Shown here: positions 29,370 to 39,203 of the stretch, piece after piece | Layout of the letters: the number at the start of each line of letters is the position of its first letter | Numbering within the stretch: the first letter of the stretch is position 1 | DNA from: Candidatus Nanopelagicaceae bacterium | Lineage (GTDB): Bacteria; Actinomycetota; Actinomycetes; Nanopelagicales; Nanopelagicaceae | Direction of reading: 5' to 3' | DNA: 44,245 nt | Assembly: GCA_036781605.1 (NCBI GenBank) | Contig: DAIQAR010000004.1 | Coordinates: 7,075-51,319 of the forward strand | Program-made: the position numbers and the translations under genes | The notes under the pieces: model-generated | The model's database searches: none | Seen by the model: only the letters and a program-made list of their open reading frames with translations | What the model was told of the DNA's origin: nothing

Positions 29370-31472
29370 ATGTTTGAAAGATTAGGCCACTTCGTAGTCC
29401 GCCGCCGCAAGGCAGTGCTCGCCGGATTCATTCTCGTGCTAGTTGTTGCTGGCTCAGTTGGCTCATTGGTTTTCCCACGTCTTAGTAGCGGTGGCTATGA
29501 CAACCCGGCCAGCGCTTCCTCTCGCGCCCAGAAATACCTTACCGATACTTTCCATATTAAAGATCCGGCTATCGCAATCGTTGTGGATGCAGGGCCTCAA
29601 GGCCTAATGGATCCCACCGTTATGGCAGATGTGCAATCACTAGAGCAAGCGCTAACTGCAAAGCCAACAGTGACCAAGGTGCTCTCCTACTGGAACACAG
29701 GCGGGGCCCCTTCACTTGAAAGTACCGACCACCACGCTGGTTTTCTCTTTCTTTATACATCACCTGCTGACCCCACCACTTCTACCGATCTAGCAAAGGC
29801 GGTCCAGTCTGAGTTTGATGGGACATACAAATCGCTTAAGGTTTATGTAGGAGGCAATTCAACTGTTTACTTTGCCATCAACAACAAGATCAGCAAAGAC
29901 CTTGCTCTGGCTGAGGCCATCTCTATCCCTCTGACATTTGTCCTGCTGCTCTTTATTTTTGGTGGGCTTATCTCCTCTGCCATGCCGCTTGTTGTTGGTG
30001 TGAGCTCGATCCTTGGAACATTCCTTGTTCTCTACATCATCAGCCTCTTTACAGGCGTTAGCATCTTCGCCCTTAACCTCACCACAGGTATGGGTCTTGG
30101 ACTTGGCATTGATTACTCACTTCTTATTGTTAATCGCTTCCGCGAAGAGCTCCATGCCGGCCATAGCGTTGAAGATTCCATCGTGAAAACAGTTGCCACC
30201 GCAGGTCGCACCGTCTTCTTCTCTGGCGTCACTGTCTTTGTAACCCTTGCCTCGATGATGTTCTTCCCGCTGATGTTCCTAAAATCATTTGGATATGCCG
30301 GTATCGCTGTAGTTGCGATGGCCGTTCTTGGCGCTCTTATTCCACTTCCTGCAATCTTGGCGTTACTTGGACGCCGCATTGATTCCTTTGTGATTAGAAA
30401 AGGCGCCATAACCCCTAAGCAAGAGGGCCGCTGGGCTCAAACTGCTCGCTTTGTTATGCGCAGGCCCGTGGGCATTGTTGTCGTTTCTTTGCTCATTCTT
30501 GGAACACTTGCTGTTCCACTTAAAGACATTGTCTTCTCTCAAGTAGATAGCCGTGTGCTTCCAGCCAGCAATAAAGCTGCTGTTGCAACAGCAGTAAGCC
30601 TTGAAAGGTTTTCAGGGCAAGTAGAAAATCCAATTTATATCGTTGTGCCACATGCAGCAGCCGCTCAGAGTCAATTGCCAAGCTATGTGCAGGCCGTCTC
30701 TCATCTTGAAGGAATCGCAAGTGTTACTCAGCCTCAAATCACATCAGGCTCAGCAGTATTTCAAGCGACCTCTCCCCGAGGTGCACTTACTAATGCAGCT
30801 CAGGATCTGATCACTCGCTTGCGCGCGCTACCTGCGCCCGCTGGCACGCTCATTGGTGGCTCTGCAGCAACTTACACAGATACACAATCCGGAATTCAAA
30901 GCGCTCTTCCTTGGGCGCTTGGTTGGATTGCCATAAGTGTTCTTCTGCTTCTCTTCCTCTTCACTGGCTCAATTATTTTGCCGATCAAAGCAGTCCTGCT
31001 CAATGTTCTTTCATTATCGGCAACTATTGGCTTTATTTCGTGGATCTTCATTGGCGGGCATGCGGGTTGGCTGGTTGGAAAATTTACCAACGTCGGCTCA
31101 CTTGATACCGGCATGGTGATTTTGACGGCCGTTGTCACATTCGCCTTATCTATGGACTATGAAGTCTTCTTGCTCTCTCGCATTCGAGAGGAGTATGAAA
31201 ACGGCAAAGATAATCAGGAGTCAGTAGCTATTGGGCTTCAACGCTCAGCAAGAATCATTACCGCCGCAGCGCTCTTGCTTGCAGTTGTCTTCGCGGCCTT
31301 TCTCACAAGTGGAGTGACCAATATCAAGATACTTGGGCTTGGTGTTGCCTTCGCAGTATTAGTTGATGCAACAATTGTGCGCGCGCTTCTTGTTCCTGCT
31401 CTGATGCGCTTATTTGGGGATCTAAATTGGTGGGCGCCTAAGGCGCTTAAGAGATTTACGATCAACCACTAA
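29370..31472 (+). CDS. MMPL/RND-superfamily transporter (paralog 2)
   Basis: 700 aa with MMPL hallmarks (GLGIDYSLLIVNRFREEL; ALSMDYEVFLLSRIREEY) and two 6-TM bundles. AAAGGGGA SD 6 nt upstream. Confidence 0.85.
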   Translation: MFERLGHFVVRRRKAVLAGFILVLVVAGSVGSLVFPRLSSGGYDNPASASSRAQKYLTDTFHIKDPAIAIVVDAGPQGLMDPTVMADVQSLEQALTAKPTVTKVLSYWNTGGAPSLESTDHHAGFLFLYTSPADPTTSTDLAKAVQSEFDGTYKSLKVYVGGNSTVYFAINNKISKDLALAEAISIPLTFVLLLFIFGGLISSAMPLVVGVSSILGTFLVLYIISLFTGVSIFALNLTTGMGLGLGIDYSLLIVNRFREELHAGHSVEDSIVKTVATAGRTVFFSGVTVFVTLASMMFFPLMFLKSFGYAGIAVVAMAVLGALIPLPAILALLGRRIDSFVIRKGAITPKQEGRWAQTARFVMRRPVGIVVVSLLILGTLAVPLKDIVFSQVDSRVLPASNKAAVATAVSLERFSGQVENPIYIVVPHAAAAQSQLPSYVQAVSHLEGIASVTQPQITSGSAVFQATSPRGALTNAAQDLITRLRALPAPAGTLIGGSAATYTDTQSGIQSALPWALGWIAISVLLLLFLFTGSIILPIKAVLLNVLSLSATIGFISWIFIGGHAGWLVGKFTNVGSLDTGMVILTAVVTFALSMDYEVFLLSRIREEYENGKDNQESVAIGLQRSARIITAAALLLAVVFAAFLTSGVTNIKILGLGVAFAVLVDATIVRALLVPALMRLFGDLNWWAPKALKRFTINH

Positions 31473-31479
31473 CGATTTA

Positions 31480-31965
31480 CTAGAGCGTGCGCGCCATCTG
31501 ATCTGCCTGCTTGGCACTTTCTGATGGTGAAAGTGGTGAGGCTATTTGACCTATGAGCCAGTGCAGGACGACGCCATGGGATTCACCAAATAACGACTGG
31601 AGAGAACTCTGGGCCAACTTCCAGAGCGGATGACCTGTCACTGTTACAAACTTAGCAATATCTAGTGGATCGGTCTGAATCATCTTCGCAAGAGCAGGAT
31701 CTTTTGAAATCTCTGTCGATAAGACATAGAGCGCGTCTCTCTTCGTTGGCGCATGCATCGCAAGTTCAGCTAATCGTTGGATCTCAGATTCAACAAGGCT
31801 GAGCATCATCTCTTCTTTATCGCTGAAATGGTTATAAACAGTTGCACGCGAGACTTCAGCTTTTGCTGCTATGTCGAGCATGTTTGATTCATATGAGCCA
31901 ACTTGGGCTATGACAATTTTGGCACCAGAAAGAATTGAACTGCGAGATCTTTGATGGGTTGCCAT
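31480..31965 (-). CDS. TetR/AcrR family transcriptional regulator
   Basis: N-terminal HTH (MLDIAAKAEVSRATVYNHFSDKEEM); 161 aa. Confidence 0.85.
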   Translation of the reverse strand: MATHQRSRSSILSGAKIVIAQVGSYESNMLDIAAKAEVSRATVYNHFSDKEEMMLSLVESEIQRLAELAMHAPTKRDALYVLSTEISKDPALAKMIQTDPLDIAKFVTVTGHPLWKLAQSSLQSLFGESHGVVLHWLIGQIASPLSPSESAKQADQMARTL

Positions 31966-32002
31966 TTGGCGGGCGTATATCTGCGGTGTGGTCGAATCTG
32001 CC

Positions 32003-32272
32003 TTACGCAGCGTCGTCCACCACGCTCAAGGTTGGTGCCTCTTGGCTCATTACTTGATGAGCAACTGATGAAAGAACTTCACCGAGAGAGATATCAAGTG
32101 CAGCTGTAATCGCATGGAGAAGTTCTGATGATGCCTCTTTTTGACCACGTTCTACTTCTGAAAGATAACCCAGAGAAACTCGCGCGCTCTTTGCGACATC
32201 GCGAAGTGTGCGACCTTGTGCAATACGAGATGCACGCAAGGTTGCGCCTATGTGGGTGCGAAGAAGAATCAC
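32003..32272 (-). CDS. clgR: XRE-family HTH regulator, ClgR-like
   Basis: [33 protein letters not shown] closely matches the ClgR signature. Conserved cinA-clgR arrangement. The GTG start overlaps the cinA stop. Confidence 0.8.
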   Translation of the reverse strand: MILLRTHIGATLRASRIAQGRTLRDVAKSARVSLGYLSEVERGQKEASSELLHAITAALDISLGEVLSSVAHQVMSQEAPTLSVVDDAA

Positions 32273-32745
32273 GGGATAAGAATACGCGTAAATGCGGCTA
32301 ATGCGCTTTGAATTGTTGCGTGGCGAATATCTTCACGCGTGCCAGATAGCGCCAAACAGAGGGTTACCGGTCCTTTTTTACTATCTATGGCCACCCAGAC
32401 CGTTCCCACCTTCTGCCCGTAGGCCTTGCCTGGACCCGCAACGCCGGTTGTCGCAATCGCATAGTCAGTGCCAAATTGCTTACGAGCACTCTGCGCCATT
32501 GCAATTGCAACTTCTTCTGAAACAGCGGTGTGCTTTGTCAGTATTCGCTTGGCAATTTCTAGAAACTTTGTCTTTGATTGATCGCTATAGGTGATGAGCC
32601 CACCAAGAAAAACATCAGATGCCCCAGGAACGCTTGTTACTGCGGCCCCGAGTCCCCCACCTGTAATTGATTCGGCTGTTGCAAGAGTCATCTTCTTGCG
32701 CTTTAAACGCTTAACGACATCTTGCGCTAATGGAAAATCGGTCAT
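32269..32745 (-). CDS. cinA: CinA-family protein (nicotinamide-nucleotide amidohydrolase PncC domain)
   Basis: [11 protein letters not shown]..., [14 protein letters not shown] motifs of the CinA C-terminal domain. Confidence 0.85.
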   Translation of the reverse strand: MTDFPLAQDVVKRLKRKKMTLATAESITGGGLGAAVTSVPGASDVFLGGLITYSDQSKTKFLEIAKRILTKHTAVSEEVAIAMAQSARKQFGTDYAIATTGVAGPGKAYGQKVGTVWVAIDSKKGPVTLCLALSGTREDIRHATIQSALAAFTRILIP

Positions 32746-33287
32746 TTTCTAACCGCTTTACTGAAGTAGTCATATCCAGTAACAAGAGTGATAATGACTG
32801 TGGCCGCCATAAATATATTGCGGGGCAATTCCAACCAATGTGGCAGCGGTAATACATAAAAGCCAATACCAAAACCTTGCATGAGTGTCTTGAGCTTGCC
32901 ACCTTTACTCGCGGGGATGACTCCCCCGCGAATAACTACCAGGCGCAGAACTGTCACAGCAACCTCACGAAACAAGATCACAATTGTCACCCACCACCAG
33001 AGCCTGCCCTGAATCGAAAGGCCAACCATTGCTGTTCCGATTGCTGCCTTATCTGCAACGGGATCAAGAAATGTTCCAAAACTTGTTACTTGATTGCGCG
33101 AACGAGCAAGCTTTCCATCCATCAGATCAGTGAGACCAACAAAGAAAAATCCACACCAAGCGATGATGCGCCATGTTGAGTCATTGCCGCCATTTTTAAA
33201 AAGTGCATAGGCGCAAAAAGGAAGTGCAAGAAGGCGAAGAACGGTCAGAGAATTTGGAAGATTTACTGTCCTTGGACCGGCTCTCAT
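32742..33287 (-). CDS. pgsA: CDP-diacylglycerol--glycerol-3-phosphate 3-phosphatidyltransferase
   Basis: CDP-alcohol phosphotransferase motif DLMDGKLAR...G...DPVADK. Confidence 0.9.
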   Translation of the reverse strand: MRAGPRTVNLPNSLTVLRLLALPFCAYALFKNGGNDSTWRIIAWCGFFFVGLTDLMDGKLARSRNQVTSFGTFLDPVADKAAIGTAMVGLSIQGRLWWWVTIVILFREVAVTVLRLVVIRGGVIPASKGGKLKTLMQGFGIGFYVLPLPHWLELPRNIFMAATVIITLVTGYDYFSKAVRK

Positions 33288-33345
33288 TCACACCATGATA
33301 CGCGCTTAGGTTTGAAAAGTTTGCTGGAAGGTAAAAAGTGGGAAT

Positions 33346-34068
33346 TTATCCTTGAGATGAAGTGCCGGGACCGAACTGCAGGTGAACAACCTCACCTGTT
33401 GCCCCCGGAGATCCTGCATCTTTTCCATTGACGTTCAACGTTACTGCTCCAGCATTGCCGACAACAACATTGAGCTGCTGGCTGTCATTAAAGCTTTGAG
33501 ACTCACCTTGTTTAATTTGACCACTGAAAACTTGATTTCCGTTGCTATCGGTCACACCAAGCCAAGTCTTTCCGTTGACTGCTGTGACTACAACAGATGT
33601 TGCTGAAGTCTTGGTTGCTACCGCAGTGTTAGGTGCAACTGCTGCTGCTTGGCTGGGAGCAGCCTTCTTCACTGAATTGGAGGTGTGCATAAATGACATT
33701 CCGGTTGGAACTACAACAAGTAGGGTAACTATCGCTGCTGCTGCATATGCCATGGATTTATAGGAAATATTCTTCTTCTCACGATTTGGTTGAGCAACGT
33801 TATTTTCTTGCAGCAGGTCAATCATTGGACGATCTTCTTCGCCAACCGTTTGGTTGAATTCTTCGATTAAGAGATCCGGATTAGCTTTGATCACTCTGGC
33901 GATGCTACGGATATGGCCACGCGCATAAGCATTTCCACCAGATGATGTGAAATTTTCCGCTTCTAAATCTTGAATAACTCGAGCACGGATATTTGTGCGC
34001 TTAGCTACGTCCTCAAATGACAAGCCGGAGGATTCACGGGCTTGGCGGAGAAGAATTCCTATTGACAT
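33346..34068 (-). CDS. RodZ-like HTH membrane protein (HTH + TM + DUF4115-like C-terminus)
   Basis: N-terminal HTH (LRQARESSGLSFEDVAKRTNIR), a single TM helix, an Ala/Thr-rich linker, and a C-terminal beta domain (NVVVGNAGAVTLNVNGK). GAGG SD. Confidence 0.7.
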   Translation of the reverse strand: MSIGILLRQARESSGLSFEDVAKRTNIRARVIQDLEAENFTSSGGNAYARGHIRSIARVIKANPDLLIEEFNQTVGEEDRPMIDLLQENNVAQPNREKKNISYKSMAYAAAAIVTLLVVVPTGMSFMHTSNSVKKAAPSQAAAVAPNTAVATKTSATSVVVTAVNGKTWLGVTDSNGNQVFSGQIKQGESQSFNDSQQLNVVVGNAGAVTLNVNGKDAGSPGATGEVVHLQFGPGTSSQG

Positions 34069-34204
34069 TAATACCTCGATAAAACTCAGGGGAATAACGG
34101 TGCAAGGGCTTAATGGTAAGGCAGGGCATGTGAAATGACCAAGCCGATTAAGTGAATAGGAGCTTAACCACCCATAACCTCACCCCCGAAAGAGGGTCAG
34201 ACGC

Positions 34205-36538
34205 CTAGATATTGCCTTGGATCGACTCCAGCACATCTGGCATTTGTTCAGCAGTGATCAGAACTGTTCTGGCCTTTGAGCCTTCTGAAGGACCAACAAT
34301 CCCGCGGCTCTCCATGAGATCCATTAAGCGACCTGCCTTAGCAAAACCAACTCGAAGTTTGCGCTGCAACATAGATGTTGAACCAAATTGAGTGGAAACT
34401 ACTAATTGAATTGCTTGGACAAGAAGATCTAGGTCATCACCAATATCATTTTCGATTACTTTACTTACTGCTGGTGCATTAATGTCGATACGATAAACCG
34501 GCTGAAGTTGTGCTTTCACGTGATTAACAATCGCTTCAGTTTCTCGCTCTGATACATACGCACCCTGAATTCGAACCGCCTTGCTTGCTCCCATTGGCAA
34601 GAAGAGTCCATCTCCTTGACCTACAAGCTTCTCTGCTCCCGGTGTATCTAAAATAACTCTGGAATCAGCAAGGCTTGATGTTGCAAATGAAAGACGAGAA
34701 GGAACGTTCGCTTTGATAAGCCCAGTAACGATGTCCACACTTGGACGTTGGGTTGCAATGACTAAATGAATCCCCGCAGCTCGGGCAAGCTGGGTAATAC
34801 GAACAATGCTCTCTTCAACTTCACGTGCTGCCACCATCATGAGATCTGCTAATTCATCGATAATAACTAGAAGGTACGGATAGGGCTCAAGAACTCGCTC
34901 GCTTCCTTCTGGAGGACTGATCTTGCCTGCGCGTACTGCCTTATTGAAATCATCAATATGGCGGAAACCAAAGTGTGAAAGATCGTCATAACGCTGATCC
35001 ATCTCTCGCACTACCCACGCAAGAACATCAGCCGCTTTTTTGGGGTTGGTAATGATTGGCGCAATCAAATGTGGAATGCCCTCATAACTTGTCAGTTCAA
35101 CTCGCTTAGGATCGATCATTACTAGGCGAACTTCATCTGGAGTGGCTCTCATTAATATTGAAATAATCAATGAATTAATCATCGAAGATTTACCTGCTCC
35201 AGTTGCGCCAGCAACTAGAAGGTGGGGCATCTTGGCAAGGTTTGCACAAATGAAATTACCCTCAACATCCTTACCTAAAGCAATCACCATTGGGTGAGCT
35301 TCATTTGTCGCGACAGTGGAACGTAAGACATCTCCCAGAGCAACAATTTCACGGTCAGTGTTTGGTATTTCAATTCCTACTGCAGATTTACCAGGAATAG
35401 GAGAAAGAATTCTCACATCTCCGCTCGCAACTGCATATGAAATATTCTTTGAAAGTGCGGAAATCGCTTCAACTTTTACACCTGCTGCAAGCTCAACTTC
35501 ATAGCGTGTAACAGTAGGGCCGCGCATAAATCCAGTAACGGTGGCATCAACACCAAATTGCTCAAATACCTGCCCCAACGCTGCAACAACAAGTTCATTC
35601 GCTTTTGATTTAGCCTTTGTTGCTGGCCCTGCTCGAAGTAAATCCATGGAAGGAAGGATGTAGGGCGTATCTGCGGTCAAAATCATCTGGTGCGCAGGAT
35701 GTGATTGTGTAGTTTTAGTTACAAAGGTTGGCTCACGCCTCAGCGCTACGGTTTCATCAGACTCATACTCTTCTTCAATTTCCTCTTCGGGCTCTTCCTC
35801 ATCGTCATGAAACTCTTGAACGAGAGGGCTTTCAAAGGGAGGCGTGTCGCTTATTTCAAAGTCATCGTCAACTTCCGTCTTTCGTGCCTTGCCTGCAAGA
35901 GCCCGTGTTCCCCTAAAGAGTGCTGCAATTTTGCCGAATACATCAGAGACTGGGGTTGCCGTAATAATTAATAGAGAAAAGAAGAGAATGATAAAAAGAA
36001 TCGGGATTGCAAGAATCGAAGTCACCAATGCGACAAGCGGCGTGGCAACACCGTAGCCAATCCAGCCACCGCCACCTTGTATTGCAGTTTTTCCAGTATC
36101 ACCAACGGAGCCGTTAAATATATGAGCTAATCCGGTGAGAGAAACAAGAAGAAGAATCGTGCCGATAGTGATGCGACCTGTTGCTCTACCTTCTTGCGGA
36201 GCTCTAAAAAGACGAATTGCAAAATAGATGAAAATTATCGGTGCAAGAAAAGCAAGTCGTCCAAAGGTACCTAGCAAAAATGCGGTTAAACCTCGCCCAA
36301 CAATATTGTTGAGGTGAAACCAACTTCCTGAGGCTGCAAGGATTGCAAGGACGACAAGAAAGAAGGCCAAGCCGTCTCGCTGATGAGCCTCGTCCAGTTC
36401 TTTTGCTTGTCTAAAAATAAACCTAATAGCACTTCCAAGAATCTTCGCTACAAAGCGCCAGAGCGCGGCAAGCCCACGGAATAACCCAGCAATCAATGAA
36501 GGTTTTTTTCCCGACTTAGCGCTTTTACGTTTTGCCAT
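34205..36538 (-). CDS. ftsK: DNA translocase FtsK
   Basis: N-terminal TM domain, acidic linker, motor domain with Walker A GATGAGKS, and a C-terminal gamma (winged-helix) domain. Confidence 0.95.
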   Translation of the reverse strand: MAKRKSAKSGKKPSLIAGLFRGLAALWRFVAKILGSAIRFIFRQAKELDEAHQRDGLAFFLVVLAILAASGSWFHLNNIVGRGLTAFLLGTFGRLAFLAPIIFIYFAIRLFRAPQEGRATGRITIGTILLLVSLTGLAHIFNGSVGDTGKTAIQGGGGWIGYGVATPLVALVTSILAIPILFIILFFSLLIITATPVSDVFGKIAALFRGTRALAGKARKTEVDDDFEISDTPPFESPLVQEFHDDEEEPEEEIEEEYESDETVALRREPTFVTKTTQSHPAHQMILTADTPYILPSMDLLRAGPATKAKSKANELVVAALGQVFEQFGVDATVTGFMRGPTVTRYEVELAAGVKVEAISALSKNISYAVASGDVRILSPIPGKSAVGIEIPNTDREIVALGDVLRSTVATNEAHPMVIALGKDVEGNFICANLAKMPHLLVAGATGAGKSSMINSLIISILMRATPDEVRLVMIDPKRVELTSYEGIPHLIAPIITNPKKAADVLAWVVREMDQRYDDLSHFGFRHIDDFNKAVRAGKISPPEGSERVLEPYPYLLVIIDELADLMMVAAREVEESIVRITQLARAAGIHLVIATQRPSVDIVTGLIKANVPSRLSFATSSLADSRVILDTPGAEKLVGQGDGLFLPMGASKAVRIQGAYVSERETEAIVNHVKAQLQPVYRIDINAPAVSKVIENDIGDDLDLLVQAIQLVVSTQFGSTSMLQRKLRVGFAKAGRLMDLMESRGIVGPSEGSKARTVLITAEQMPDVLESIQGNI

Positions 36539-36588
36539 GATAGGTCAAGACTAAAGAATCGCTAGAGGGTATGCCCAAAGGCGCGCCG

Positions 36589-38271
36589 TTAAACCTCAAT
36601 AACTACAGGAATGATCATTGGCTTACGGCGGTGTTCTTCCCCGACCCAACTGCCAACAGTTCGGCGAACAACTTGTGAAAGTTGGTGTGTTCCATTAATT
36701 CCACCGCTTACAGCGGTTGCAAGTGCTTTCTCAATCATGCCTTTTACTTCATCAAAGAGGCGTTGATCTTCTGTGAATCCACGTGCATGAATATCTGGGC
36801 CGGCAACTATCTTTCCGCTTTGTGAGTCGATCACAACGACAACTGAAATAAATCCTTCTTCTCCTAAAATTCTACGATCTTTGAGCGAGCTCTCAGTAAT
36901 CTCACCAATACTCTGGCCATCTACATAGACAAAACCACATGGAACAGCTCCAGCAATGTCTGCGTAGCCATCATGCATGTCAACAACAATTCCATTATCA
37001 ACAACAATCGTATTTGTGCGAGGAACTCCAGTTTTGATCGCCAGCTCTGCATTGGCACGCAAGTGACGCCATTCACCGTGAACAGGCATGACGTTCTTCG
37101 GCTTCACAATGTTGTAGCAATACAAAAGCTCACCGGCTGCAGCGTGCCCTGAAACGTGGACCATGGCATTGCCTTTGTGAACTACATCTGCGCCAAAACG
37201 AGTGAGTTCATTGATAACTCGGTACACAGGATTTTCATTTCCAGGAATAAGAGAAGATGCAAGGATGACTGTGTCACCTTTGCCTACGCGGATCTGATGG
37301 TCACCATTTGCCATACGAGAAAGGGCGGCGAGTGGCTCGCCTTGTGAGCCTGTGCAAATCAGCACAACTTTGTCACCAAATTCTTCAATATTCTTAGAAT
37401 CAACTATCAAGCCTTCAGGCACATCTAGATAACCTAAATCTTGAGCAAGTTTCATATTGCGCACCATGCTGCGTCCAACGAATGCAACTTTGCGCTCATG
37501 TTTCATGGCGATATTCAGCACCTGCTGAATGCGGTGCACGTGTGAGGCAAATGAGGCAACAATTACGCGCCGTGGTGTTGCACTAAAAACACGATCAAGT
37601 ACAGGCATGATGTCACGCTCTGAAGTTGTGAATCCTGGAACATCTGCGTTGGTGGAATCCACCATGAATAAATCAACGCCCTCTGCTCCTAATTTGGCAA
37701 AGGTAGGAAGATCAGTCACGCGTCCATCTAATGGCAACTGATCCATCTTGAAATCACCCGTATGCAGAACCAATCCAGCTTCCGTGCGAATGGCGATAGC
37801 AAGTGCATCAGGAATTGAGTGGTTTACAGCAACGAATTCCAATTCAAATGGACCAAACTTTTGAATCATTCCGGCTTTGACTTCAACTAGCGGCGCTGTA
37901 ATGCGACGCTCTTTTAGTTTTGCGTCAGTAAAAGCAAGCGTGAGCTTTGATCCAACAACTGGGATATCACCCCGCTCTTTAAGAAGGTATGGGACAGCGC
38001 CAATATGATCTTCATGTCCGTGCGTCAGAGCAATTGCTACAACATCACTTAAGCGCTCACGGATATAGGAAAAATCAGGAAGAATGAGATCGATTCCAGG
38101 TTGATTTTCTTCAGGAAATAAAACACCGCAGTCCACCACAAGTAACTTTCCGTCATACTCAAAGACGGTCATGTTGCGGCCAATTTCACCAAGGCCACCA
38201 AGGGCGACGATGCGGAGAGTTTTAGGAGCTAGTTTTGCTGGATAGGGTAAATCGGGATGAGGGTGATTCAT
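36589..38271 (-). CDS. rnj: Ribonuclease J
   Basis: Metallo-beta-lactamase HGHEDH motif plus beta-CASP and C-terminal domains; 560 aa. Confidence 0.95.
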   Translation of the reverse strand: MNHPHPDLPYPAKLAPKTLRIVALGGLGEIGRNMTVFEYDGKLLVVDCGVLFPEENQPGIDLILPDFSYIRERLSDVVAIALTHGHEDHIGAVPYLLKERGDIPVVGSKLTLAFTDAKLKERRITAPLVEVKAGMIQKFGPFELEFVAVNHSIPDALAIAIRTEAGLVLHTGDFKMDQLPLDGRVTDLPTFAKLGAEGVDLFMVDSTNADVPGFTTSERDIMPVLDRVFSATPRRVIVASFASHVHRIQQVLNIAMKHERKVAFVGRSMVRNMKLAQDLGYLDVPEGLIVDSKNIEEFGDKVVLICTGSQGEPLAALSRMANGDHQIRVGKGDTVILASSLIPGNENPVYRVINELTRFGADVVHKGNAMVHVSGHAAAGELLYCYNIVKPKNVMPVHGEWRHLRANAELAIKTGVPRTNTIVVDNGIVVDMHDGYADIAGAVPCGFVYVDGQSIGEITESSLKDRRILGEEGFISVVVVIDSQSGKIVAGPDIHARGFTEDQRLFDEVKGMIEKALATAVSGGINGTHQLSQVVRRTVGSWVGEEHRRKPMIIPVVIEV

Positions 38272-39185
38272 TAGTTAAGTTTTACTCCGCCTTGTCGTAG
38301 ATCCTCCCGCAATTGCGCAATCTGCGCTTCGGTGGCATCGACAAGGGGCAAACGAGTAAATCCGCCTGGTAGGCCAAGCATATTTAATGCCGCCTTAGTC
38401 AATATCGCACCTTGGGTGCGGAAGGTTCCGGTGAATACCGGTAATAGTTCTTGATGAATCTCAAGTGCGCGCTTTGTATTTCCTGCAAACCAAGCATCGA
38501 TCATCTCTCGAAGTTGTTTTCCAACAACGTGCCCACAAACTGAAACAAAGCCGACAGCTCCAACAGATAACAGGGGCAAATTCAAAATATCATCACCTGA
38601 ATAGACAGGAAGGCCTGTCCTTTTAATAACCCATGAAGTTGCTCCAGGATTTCCTTTTGCATCTTTAAGAGCAACAATGTTCTTTACTTCAGCAAGCCTA
38701 CAAATAGTGTCAGTTTCAATCTCAACTCCAGTGCGACCAGGGATGTCATACATCATGATGGGAAGATCTGTTGCTGCTGCAGTTGCGCGAAAGTGCGCCT
38801 CTATTCCAGCTTGGGGTGGCTTGTTGTAATACGGAGTAACTATGAGCAGTCCATCGGCGCCTACTTCAGCGCAACGCTTTGCCTGTTCAACCGTGTACGC
38901 AGTTTCGTTATCGCCTGCTCCTGAAAGCACTTTCACTTTCGAGCCAACAGTACTTTTTACAACTTTAATAATCTCTAATTTTTCAGAGGTCTTGGTTGTT
39001 GGAGCCTCACCTGTAGTTCCGTTAACAGCAATCGCATCATGACCAGAATCGGCTAAATGTTGAGCAATCTTTGCCACACCATCCCAATCGATCTCTCCAC
39101 TCTTATTGAAAGGAGTGATCATTGCTGTAATCAGCCGGCCAAAGGGCGGCTTTATATCAGTGTGGGTGTTGCCAGATGCGGACAT
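38271..39185 (-). CDS. dapA: 4-hydroxy-tetrahydrodipicolinate synthase
   Basis: TPF..., GTTGE, and the Schiff-base Lys region IVALKDAKG. The stop overlaps the rnj start by 1 nt. Confidence 0.93.
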   Translation of the reverse strand: MSASGNTHTDIKPPFGRLITAMITPFNKSGEIDWDGVAKIAQHLADSGHDAIAVNGTTGEAPTTKTSEKLEIIKVVKSTVGSKVKVLSGAGDNETAYTVEQAKRCAEVGADGLLIVTPYYNKPPQAGIEAHFRATAAATDLPIMMYDIPGRTGVEIETDTICRLAEVKNIVALKDAKGNPGATSWVIKRTGLPVYSGDDILNLPLLSVGAVGFVSVCGHVVGKQLREMIDAWFAGNTKRALEIHQELLPVFTGTFRTQGAILTKAALNMLGLPGGFTRLPLVDATEAQIAQLREDLRQGGVKLN

Positions 39186-39203
39186 GTCCTAACCCTATCG
39201 TGA

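Noticed and set aside
34179-34200. C-rich loop (ACCCCC) reminiscent of the actinobacterial 6C RNA motif.
   Set aside because: There is only one short hairpin with 5 C residues. The 6C family has two hairpins, each with a loop of at least 6 C. The flanking sequence shows no second element.
36577-36584. GGCGCGCC 8-bp palindrome, plus a TAGTCT hexamer 9 nt upstream of the ftsK ATG.
   Set aside because: The palindrome is too short to form a meaningful hairpin or operator on its own. The hexamer spacing (9 nt) does not match the N6 leaderless pattern seen elsewhere, so I do not call a promoter.
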